In this document: positions 56,150 through 64,000 of the stretch, piece by piece
Layout of the letters: every line of letters begins with the position of its first letter
Numbering within the stretch: the first letter of the stretch is position 1
The notes under the pieces: model-generated
What the model was told of the DNA's origin: nothing
Seen by the model: only the letters and a program-made list of their open reading frames with translations
Database searches by the model: none
DNA from: Chitinophagaceae bacterium
Lineage (GTDB): Bacteria; Bacteroidota; Bacteroidia; Chitinophagales; Chitinophagaceae
NCBI GenBank assembly: GCA_039921505.1
Contig: JBDSBR010000018.1
Location: 1,233-65,232 of the forward strand
DNA length: 64,000 bases
Direction of reading: 5' to 3'
Program-made: the position numbers and the translations under genes

Positions 56150-56860
56150 ATGCGGACACTGAAACTCAGGCATGTAGCTTTCATTATTGCGGCCATTATC
56201 ATAGTGGACCAGGCATTAAAGCTCTGGATCAAATCCTCGCATCCTACTGGTGAAGTAGTACGGGTCTTTGGCATGGATTGGTTCCGTCTCCATTTTATTG
56301 AGAATCCCGGGATGGCCTGGGGCTGGAAATTTGGTAATGAAACAGGAAAAATGGTATTAACACTGTTTCGCCTGGCTGCCGTAATCTTTGGTACCTGGTA
56401 TCTTGGCAGGATCGTAAAACAGCAATACCGCAGGGGATTCGTTGTTTGTGCCGCCCTTATCTATGCCGGTGCATTGGGTAACCTGCTCGACAGTATGTTT
56501 TATGGGATGTTCTTTGATAAAGGACTTCATTACGACCCTACGATCAGTGATTATGTAAGTTATTCCGGGATCGCGCAGTTTTCTTCCCCTGGATATTCTT
56601 CCTTCCTGCATGGCAGTGTAGTGGATATGCTGTATTTCCCGATGTTCAAGGGACATTTCCCTTCCTGGCTGCCTTTTGTGGGCGGGGATGATTTTGAATT
56701 CTTCAGCCCGATTTTCAATATCGCCGATGCCTCTATCTCAACAGGAGTTATTACCTTACTCATCTTTCAAAAGCGGTTCTTCAAAAAACATGCCCCGCAG
56801 GAATTACCTACGACAGTTGAAACGAGTACTGATATAAGTGACAAGGTACAGGTATTATAA
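56150..56860 (+). CDS. lspA: Lipoprotein signal peptidase II
   Basis: DQALK, ENPGMAWG, GALGNLLD, VVDM, IFNIAD. Confidence 0.93.
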   Translation: MRTLKLRHVAFIIAAIIIVDQALKLWIKSSHPTGEVVRVFGMDWFRLHFIENPGMAWGWKFGNETGKMVLTLFRLAAVIFGTWYLGRIVKQQYRRGFVVCAALIYAGALGNLLDSMFYGMFFDKGLHYDPTISDYVSYSGIAQFSSPGYSSFLHGSVVDMLYFPMFKGHFPSWLPFVGGDDFEFFSPIFNIADASISTGVITLLIFQKRFFKKHAPQELPTTVETSTDISDKVQVL

Positions 56861-56882
56861 TCTGGCTTTTATTTCTTTGTTC

Positions 56883-59168
56883 TTAATCTGTTTGTTTCAG
56901 TACTCCTTTCTGAATACTCTTATCGCCTGAACGTACCCGGAGGAAATAGATACCTGCGGGGATCTTCGTGGTATTATCAAGCACAAGGTTGTTGATCCCC
57001 ATGGCAAGGTCAAAATATCTTCTTTGTATTGTTTTACCGGCTGCATCGATCAGTTCTGCATCTGCTTTGCCATTGACAGCAGAAATAATTTCGAAACTTA
57101 GTTCATTGCGAAAGGGATTGATCACAGTGACAAAGGAAAAGATATCCGCGTTTGTACCCAGCTGGATGGTCCTGGAATACTTCGACTGATCAAGATTATT
57201 TTTCATCCGGACCCGGTAATAAACTTTACCCATTACGGGCAGTGGGTCGGTGAAGTAATAAGCGCTTTGTTTTGCGCTGTAGTCAGCATAACTGCTGACA
57301 GAACCGGCCAGGGAGAAATTGATCCCATCCGTACTTTTTTCTATATCAAAGAAGAGAGGTTCATTTTCGCCGGTGGTGGTCCAGTTCAGTACTGCCTGCT
57401 GGCTGACCAGTTGCCCGCCAAAAGAAAGTAACTGTGTTGCCAACGGGATACCACAATCGATCACGTTCAGGGTAATGATATTGGCGACATCGGTAAAGCG
57501 GCAGTTAATATCAGTAAGATTGGCCAGCGTTGTAGCTACGACTAGCCTGTATTTATCACCATTATTGGAAAGAAGTGTCTGGGAAGGGGGAATAGTATAC
57601 GAAGTGACATATTCCCAGGCAGTACCGTTCCAGAAAGGTGCGGCAGGTCCCAGCGCTGCAGTTACATCCGACCAGGATACACCAGCATTTATACTCCGCT
57701 GCCATTTATAATAAACATAGTTATTGAAGTAAGAACGTACCGTATCATAAATCATAAGCAAATTACTGTCACATACCGTAGGTGTTAAAGAAGGTGAGTA
57801 TTTCATATTGGGTGAACATGTGGACACTGCTATATCATCAAGCGCCCAGTCGTTCCCGCCACCACCGGGTGCATTATTAAAGAACTTCAGCGTGAAACTA
57901 GTCTGGGCAGGTCCTGTCAGGAAAGTAAATCCTTTTTTCACCCATTGACCGGTATACCGCAGGTTACCGGTAGTATAATAGTCGACAGCATCGATTTCAA
58001 AAGTAAGGTTCGGGTACACTCCCGATGAATCTGCCGCAGCTGTAGGTAAATAACCTGCTCCACTGGCACCCGTACCATTTGAATCGCACCCGCATTTGGA
58101 ACAGATATTCCTCATCCAGCAGGAGATCTCGTAATAGGTATTGGGACAAAGACCTGAAATGGTTTGCTGGAAAGCGGAGTCTATCCGGTAAGCGGCATTG
58201 ATCACCAGCATATAACCGGCATTTCCATTGGCTACAGTATCTGCGGCCGCGTTACCGGCAGTTGGAGAAACAGCGCCTGTATGATCCCCGATAATATCCC
58301 AGACACCGAATACACGATGGGTGGGCGATGCTCCATCTGGCTTAGGCCAGGTGTTCAATGTTGTATAGGCAGGTCGGGTTGATGTATTGTTAGCTATACC
58401 ATAATAATAGTCGTTGGGCATGTTCAGGTCAAAAAAGTTATAAGTATAACCAACCGGTACATTGAGTGAAGCAATCCGGTTTCGCGGCCGGCCACTGCCG
58501 AATGTTCCGTTTGTTTCTGTACCGATAGCATTGGTACCAACAGTATTGGAACAGATGCCATAGTTCGGATACACACTTACTGAATTGGACGGGAATGTAA
58601 ATGTCTGGATGGCAGACGCACCATTTTTATAGGTCATGTTGCCGCCTCCGGTGCTGATAAGGGAACCAGTTGCGGCTGTAACAGTTACCCTGAAAGAAGC
58701 GATCATGATGCAGGTGCTGCCGAAAAAAGAAGGTTTATGCGTATTGGCCACCCTTCCCCGCCTGAATGCATTGGCGGGGGCCGCAGCAGTATTATAACCT
58801 AAATGGATCGTGATATTGGAGCCGGTTATCCATCCTGCGTCATCCCCGTATGCATTGGTAAAAGCCTTGTATACTTTTCCTTCATTGGTAAGGACGCCGA
58901 TACTGCCATTAATAAAAGTCGTACCTACAGGTACAACATCCTGGTAACGACAACTGTCAAAGGTACCTGCGCGTACAACAAAGGAGGCCCTGATCTCTAA
59001 AACATCTCCTGTTTCAACCGTTCCACCGCTCACCCCTTTTGTCACGTTGATATAACTTTTACCAAAGTCGATGCTCTGGGCTATACTATTGCCGGAGCCT
59101 GCTGCCAGCAGCAGGGTGAAGAAAAAAATTCGCAATAAAACAGTTACCTCGGGTACAGGTTTTTTCAT
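56883..59168 (-). CDS. T9SS type A sorting domain protein (DUF11-like N-terminus)
   Basis: Signal peptide; GGTVETGDVLE; YKWQRS...W repeat; C-terminal NPFRNEL...IPAGIYFLRV. Confidence 0.85.
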   Translation of the reverse strand: MKKPVPEVTVLLRIFFFTLLLAAGSGNSIAQSIDFGKSYINVTKGVSGGTVETGDVLEIRASFVVRAGTFDSCRYQDVVPVGTTFINGSIGVLTNEGKVYKAFTNAYGDDAGWITGSNITIHLGYNTAAAPANAFRRGRVANTHKPSFFGSTCIMIASFRVTVTAATGSLISTGGGNMTYKNGASAIQTFTFPSNSVSVYPNYGICSNTVGTNAIGTETNGTFGSGRPRNRIASLNVPVGYTYNFFDLNMPNDYYYGIANNTSTRPAYTTLNTWPKPDGASPTHRVFGVWDIIGDHTGAVSPTAGNAAADTVANGNAGYMLVINAAYRIDSAFQQTISGLCPNTYYEISCWMRNICSKCGCDSNGTGASGAGYLPTAAADSSGVYPNLTFEIDAVDYYTTGNLRYTGQWVKKGFTFLTGPAQTSFTLKFFNNAPGGGGNDWALDDIAVSTCSPNMKYSPSLTPTVCDSNLLMIYDTVRSYFNNYVYYKWQRSINAGVSWSDVTAALGPAAPFWNGTAWEYVTSYTIPPSQTLLSNNGDKYRLVVATTLANLTDINCRFTDVANIITLNVIDCGIPLATQLLSFGGQLVSQQAVLNWTTTGENEPLFFDIEKSTDGINFSLAGSVSSYADYSAKQSAYYFTDPLPVMGKVYYRVRMKNNLDQSKYSRTIQLGTNADIFSFVTVINPFRNELSFEIISAVNGKADAELIDAAGKTIQRRYFDLAMGINNLVLDNTTKIPAGIYFLRVRSGDKSIQKGVLKQTD

Positions 59169-59499
59169 AGACAGGATTTTCGGTATTCACTATAGCTGAC
59201 TCCGGAATATAAAAATAGCCTAATGGTTTACCCCTGTCAATAGGATTTTACTGGGACGGGCTTACTAAATATACAGGTAGGTTTTACCGGGAAAATTCCT
59301 ACGATGTTCAGCAGGGGAAGTGAGGATTTAAATAGAAAATCAACAGCAGATCAAACCAGGTATTTACCGGGAAAGAAGAAAGTTTTTTCTACAAGGGATA
59401 ATACAGGTGTGAAAGAAGTAATTAAACGAAAGAAATAAATTAACACGGGTTAACCGATTACGGGGTACCTGGTATGTGAATCGCCGGCTAAAAAATTAA

Positions 59500-59525
59500 A
59501 AACCTCCGACAACTGGCGGAGGTTT
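59500..59525. terminator. Hairpin, probable terminator for the minus-strand small ORF
   Basis: AAACCTCCG-N8-CGGAGGTTT flanked by an A-run and T-rich sequence. Confidence 0.65.
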
Positions 59526-59588
59526 AGTTTTTGTATTATGCTCAAGGGGTTTACTCGTGATCTTCAATCCAGGCATTCTTACCAGTAG

Positions 59589-59786
59589 CTACCTGCTGCT
59601 ATTGATATAACGCAGTGCGGCAGCCAGGTTAGAATCAGCGTTCCGGGCAGAATTGGTTCTGGTCTTGCCTGAAAGAACTGCTCTTAAATAAGGTGACTGA
59701 ACGGGTGGTGTTGCTGAAACTTCCTGTTTCTGGGACTTCAGCGAATGCGGGGAAAAGTAAAGTGATGGTTGGCCGTTACTTCTCAT
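59589..59786 (-). CDS. Possible small hypothetical protein (65 aa)
   Basis: Only ATG ORF in a 760-bp gap; AT-rich upstream sequence and a hairpin downstream. Confidence 0.35.
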   Translation of the reverse strand: MRSNGQPSLYFSPHSLKSQKQEVSATPPVQSPYLRAVLSGKTRTNSARNADSNLAAALRYINSSR

Positions 59787-59933
59787 AGATGGGGATTTTG
59801 GGTTTAAAAAAAGGGTTTGGATTATTACGATGTTAAGATAGTATCAAAACACCCAGATTTGCAAATTTTCAGGGGAGAAAAAACACGTACCGGTTTTCTT
59901 TCCCTTTAAAATAGGGGTTTTACGGTAGCCAAT

Positions 59934-61334
59934 TTACTGAAGTTTACCGACCATCCCTTCGGGTTTGACCCATTCATCGAACTGCTTTGATGTAACATAA
60001 CCAAGCTTAACAGCCATTGCTTTTAAGGTCGTTCCTTCTTTATGTGCTTTCTGTGCGATCTCAGCCGCTTTATAGTAACCGATTTTTGTATTCAGTGCGG
60101 TAACCAGCATCAGGCTGTTGTCAACATGCTTTTTAATATTCGCTTCGATGGGTTCCAGTCCTGCTGCACATTTATCATTGAATGAAACACAACCATCACC
60201 GATCAGTCGGGCACTATGCAGGAAATTATAGATCATTACCGGCTTAAAAACATTCAATTCAAAATGACCCATGGCGCCCCCTATATTGATCGCGACATCG
60301 TTACCCAATACCTGGGCAGCGATCATGGTCAACGCTTCACACTGGGTAGGATTGACCTTGCCCGGCATGATAGAAGAACCCGGCTCATTATCGGGAATAA
60401 AAATTTCTCCAATGCCGCTCCTCGGTCCTGAAGAAAGCATCCGGATATCATTGGCGATCTTCATTAAACTAACTGCCACTGTTTTCAAAGCACCATGCGC
60501 TTCTACAATGGCATCATGTGCAGCCAGGGCTTCGAATTTATTTTCCGCGGTTATAAATGGTAAACCCGTTAACGCCGCGATATGTTTCGCCACTTTCACG
60601 GCATAATCAGGGGGTGTATTGATACCTGTTCCTACAGCAGTTCCGCCCAGTGCCAGTTCGCTTAAATGGGAAAGGGAATTTTTGATCGTTTTCATTCCAT
60701 GATCCAGCTGGGAAACATAACCGCTGAACTCCTGGCCAACCGTAAGAGGTGTTGCATCCATAAAATGGGTACGGCCGATCTTAACCACTTTCATGTACTG
60801 TTTGCTTTTCCCTGCCAGGGTATCCCTGAGTTTTTTAATACCGGGTATCGTTGTTTCAACCAACATCTTATAGGCTGCTATATGCATAGCTGTCGGGAAC
60901 GTATCGTTGGAAGATTGGGATTTGTTCACATCGTCATTGGGATGCAGGAATTTTTCTTTGTCGGTTAATTTCCCGCCTTTTAATACATGCCCGCGGTAAG
61001 CGATCACTTCATTCACATTCATATTGCTTTGGGTGCCGCTGCCGGTCTGCCATACGACCAGCGGGAAAGCATCATCGAGTTTACCTTTCAGGATCTCGTC
61101 GCAAACCTTCCCGATCAGTACCGATTTATTTTTGGGTAACACACCGGCTTCAACGTTTGTGAGGGCGGCCGCTTTTTTCAGGTATGCAAAAGCCCGTATG
61201 ATCTCTTTTGGCATCCGGTTGATGTCCTGCGCTATCTTGAAATTATCGATACTGCGCTGTGTTTGTGCCCCGTAAAGCGCATCGGCAGGCACTTTTACTT
61301 CACCCATTGTATCCTTTTCAATCCGGTAGTCCAT
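59934..61334 (-). CDS. fumC: Fumarate hydratase class II
   Basis: [40 protein letters not shown]. Confidence 0.97.
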   Translation of the reverse strand: MDYRIEKDTMGEVKVPADALYGAQTQRSIDNFKIAQDINRMPKEIIRAFAYLKKAAALTNVEAGVLPKNKSVLIGKVCDEILKGKLDDAFPLVVWQTGSGTQSNMNVNEVIAYRGHVLKGGKLTDKEKFLHPNDDVNKSQSSNDTFPTAMHIAAYKMLVETTIPGIKKLRDTLAGKSKQYMKVVKIGRTHFMDATPLTVGQEFSGYVSQLDHGMKTIKNSLSHLSELALGGTAVGTGINTPPDYAVKVAKHIAALTGLPFITAENKFEALAAHDAIVEAHGALKTVAVSLMKIANDIRMLSSGPRSGIGEIFIPDNEPGSSIMPGKVNPTQCEALTMIAAQVLGNDVAINIGGAMGHFELNVFKPVMIYNFLHSARLIGDGCVSFNDKCAAGLEPIEANIKKHVDNSLMLVTALNTKIGYYKAAEIAQKAHKEGTTLKAMAVKLGYVTSKQFDEWVKPEGMVGKLQ

Positions 61335-61395
61335 ATAGTTATTTGTGGCTTTAAGACGGCGTTCACCAGTCCGCCGGTTGGCGGAAAAGGCGCGA

Positions 61396-61403
61396 CAAAG
61401 GTA
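61396..61403 (-). promoter_or_regulatory. -7 promoter box (fumC)
   Basis: TACCTTTG on the minus strand. Confidence 0.5.
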
Positions 61404-61471
61404 GGCCAAAGAGTGAAAAGGCTGCATCATTTTTACTTTTTAAGTTCGTTGCAGGGCGGTAAATTGCCGGT

Positions 61472-63286
61472 ATGAAAAAGCTGTTGAGCACAAGCCTCCT
61501 CCTGCTGTTTTTTTATACTTCGTTCCCGCAATCCAAACATATTTTTTCGCTGGGCAAGGCTGAATTCTTACTGGACAGCAAACCTATCCAACTCATCAGC
61601 GGTGAAATGCACCCTGCCCGTATTCCACGGGAATACTGGCGGCATCGCATACAAATGGCAAAAGCGATGGGGTGTAATACTATTGCAGCTTATGTCTTCT
61701 GGAATTACCACGAAAGCCAGCCTGGTATATTTGATTTTAATAGCGAAAACCGCGATATCGCAACATTCATAAAAATTTGTCAACAGGAAAATATGTGGGT
61801 TTTGCTAAGACCAGGGCCTTATGTATGCGCGGAATGGGATTTTGGCGGGTTACCCCCCTGGTTGCTTAAAATACCGGATATAAAGATCCGTTGCATGGAT
61901 GAAAGATATATGCAGGCTGTAACATCCTATATCAATCATCTTTCCGCAGAAATAAAATCATTACAATGCACAGAAGGAGGGCCGATCCTGATGGTACAGG
62001 TAGAAAATGAATATGGAAGTTTTGGTAATGATAAAACATACCTGGAAGAGCTCCGCAAATGCTGGTTAAAAAACGGTATCAATGTACCTTTCTTTACGGC
62101 AGATGGCCCCACTGCCTTTATGCTGGAAGCCGGTAATATCGACGGAGCAGCGATCGGGCTCGACAGCGGGGGAAATGAAAAAGATTTTGAACAGGCCAGA
62201 AAAAGAAACCCCAATGTTCCTGCCTTCAGCAGCGAAACCTACCCGGGCTGGCTGACCCACTGGGGAGAAAAATTCGCCAAACCCGATACCAATGACCTGA
62301 AGAAAGAAGTCGAATTCCTGTTACAACATAAAAAATCATTTAACCTCTACGTGATACATGGAGGTACCAATTTCGGTTTTACGGCGGGAGCCAATGCCTT
62401 TTCTCAGACCCAATACCAGCCCGATATCACCAGTTATGATTATGATGCACCCATTAATGAACAAGGAAGGCCGACAGCGAAATATTTTATGCTGCGGAAC
62501 CTGATCAGGAAATATAGTACTAACAAAGTACCGGATGTTCCTGAACCCGTTCCGGTGATCGAAATACCGCCCGTTGAAATGAGGCAAACCAGTTCGATCT
62601 GGCAAAACCTGCCCCTGCCGGTCTATTCACCACAACCGGTACCGATGGAAATGCTGGACCAGGACCAGGGACTAATGCTCTACCGGACACGATTGATTGG
62701 GCATAAAGGAGGAAAACTGACTATCACGGAGCCACATGATTATGCACTGGTCTTCCTTAATCATAAATTCATTGATACGGTATTTCGTGACGGTGGCAAA
62801 TGGACAATCGATCTTCCTGCCTCGGATGTGGTGGTGAAAGATCCTCTCCTCGAAATACTGGTAGAAGGGATGGGTCATATAAATTTTGCACAGTTCATGA
62901 TCGACAGGAAGGGGATAACTGATCGTGTTACGCTGAATGGTATGACGCTTATGAATTGGGAAATATACTCCCTGCCCCTGGACTACGAAATGATGAAGAG
63001 TGGGACCAACATCACGGCCGGCCGGTCAGATGATAAGGAAGGTTTATTCTTTTCCGGTAAATTTAATCTTAAAGTAACAGGAGATGTATATTTTGACATG
63101 AGTGGTTATTCGAAAGGTATCGTATACGTGAACGGGCATAACCTCGGGAGATACTGGAGCATAGGACCACAAAAACGCCTTTATTGCCCGGCCAGCTGGC
63201 TAAAGAAAGGAGAAAATGAGATGATTGTGTTTGACCTGCACCGGCCAGCAGCAGCACCTGTCGCAGGTAAAACCACACTGGAATAA
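61472..63286 (+). CDS. Beta-galactosidase, GH35
   Basis: SGEMHPARIP, RPGPYVCAEWDFGG, VQVENEYG, HGGTNFG, TSYDYDAP. Confidence 0.93.
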   Translation: MKKLLSTSLLLLFFYTSFPQSKHIFSLGKAEFLLDSKPIQLISGEMHPARIPREYWRHRIQMAKAMGCNTIAAYVFWNYHESQPGIFDFNSENRDIATFIKICQQENMWVLLRPGPYVCAEWDFGGLPPWLLKIPDIKIRCMDERYMQAVTSYINHLSAEIKSLQCTEGGPILMVQVENEYGSFGNDKTYLEELRKCWLKNGINVPFFTADGPTAFMLEAGNIDGAAIGLDSGGNEKDFEQARKRNPNVPAFSSETYPGWLTHWGEKFAKPDTNDLKKEVEFLLQHKKSFNLYVIHGGTNFGFTAGANAFSQTQYQPDITSYDYDAPINEQGRPTAKYFMLRNLIRKYSTNKVPDVPEPVPVIEIPPVEMRQTSSIWQNLPLPVYSPQPVPMEMLDQDQGLMLYRTRLIGHKGGKLTITEPHDYALVFLNHKFIDTVFRDGGKWTIDLPASDVVVKDPLLEILVEGMGHINFAQFMIDRKGITDRVTLNGMTLMNWEIYSLPLDYEMMKSGTNITAGRSDDKEGLFFSGKFNLKVTGDVYFDMSGYSKGIVYVNGHNLGRYWSIGPQKRLYCPASWLKKGENEMIVFDLHRPAAAPVAGKTTLE

Positions 63287-63298
63287 ACCTTTATTACG

Positions 63299-64000
63299 AT
63301 GATAAAAGACAACCTTGTAAAGATATTGACCGCAACTTTTTTTCTTTTGACATTCTTACAGGCGGGGGCACAGGACAGGGCTGAGAATATGATCATCATC
63401 AGTACCGATGGGTTTCGCTGGCAGGAGGTATTCAAAGGAATGGATTCTGCTATCGCCAATAACAGCAAGTACAATGAAGGCGACAGTGAGTATATCTATA
63501 AAAAATACTGGTGTAATGAGGAGAAAGAAAGAAGAAAAAAACTAATGCCTTTTTTGTGGACAGTTGTAGAAAAGGAAGGACAGCTATTTGGAAACAGAAC
63601 GCTGGGTAGTAAAGTGGACAATGCAAATCCATATTGGTTCAGTTACCCAGGCTACAGCGAAATAATGACGGGATATGCCGACACGGCGATCAACAGCAAT
63701 AACTATCCCGCCAATCCGCATGTAACGGTGCTGGAGTTTTTGAATAAACAGCCAAAACTAAAAGGCAAAGTGGCCGCATTCGGAGCCTGGGATGCCTTTG
63801 ACAGGATATTAAATGAAGAACGCAGCGGGATACCCGTGTACTCCGCTTTTAACAGTTTCGGAGGAAAGGTCCCAACAGCTAATGAAAGGCTGGTGAATGC
63901 AATGAATAAGGATGCTTACAGGCCCTTCGGGGAAGAAGAATGTCTCGATGTCTTTACGCATTATGGAGCGATGGAATACCTGAAAACAAAAAAGCCAAAA
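63299..64000 (+). CDS. Alkaline phosphatase / phosphoglyceromutase-family exported protein (3' truncated; absent from ORF track)
   Basis: MIKDNLVK...signal...IIISTDGFRWQEVFKGMDS...NPYWFSYPGYSEIMTG; open to the window end. Confidence 0.8.
   Translation, partial: MIKDNLVKILTATFFLLTFLQAGAQDRAENMIIISTDGFRWQEVFKGMDSAIANNSKYNEGDSEYIYKKYWCNEEKERRKKLMPFLWTVVEKEGQLFGNRTLGSKVDNANPYWFSYPGYSEIMTGYADTAINSNNYPANPHVTVLEFLNKQPKLKGKVAAFGAWDAFDRILNEERSGIPVYSAFNSFGGKVPTANERLVNAMNKDAYRPFGEEECLDVFTHYGAMEYLKTKKPK

Noticed and set aside
1-64000. tRNA, rRNA, IS transposase, prophage or defence operon
   Set aside because: None recognised by eye; tRNAscan-SE, Infernal and DefenseFinder would be needed to exclude them formally.

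Overview
Chromosomal segment of a Bacteroidota bacterium, most likely Chitinophagaceae-like. Evidence: TAnnTTTG -7 promoter boxes, T9SS cargo proteins, gldF/gldG, HmuY, and the murF-alr fusion. It holds about 56 mostly housekeeping or envelope CDS, including ruvB, rprY, recQ, a Cu-type P-ATPase, tsaE, ald, a TetR-TolC-EmrAB efflux operon, lpxA, two TonB receptors, ileS, dksA, acpP-fabF-rnc, mce, iscSUA, gldFG, terC, murF/alr, lspA, fumC and a GH35. I found no rRNA, tRNA, CRISPR array, transposase or integrase. Three signals are not explained by the ORF track. (1) An AT-rich, integrase-less, integron-like array of two gene cassettes at 15587-17126; each cassette's downstream R'' site is the exact reverse complement of the GTT site at its own 5' end. 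(2) A GC-rich palindromic repeat family inserted in-frame three times inside IleRS and once supplying the N-terminus of IscA. (3) About 16 loci of 7-, 8- or 9-nt-period micro-repeats, usually arranged as inverted repeats; they share period and architecture but not sequence, and at least two are translated in-frame. Start codons were refined by eye. Family assignments come from motif recognition, not database searches.
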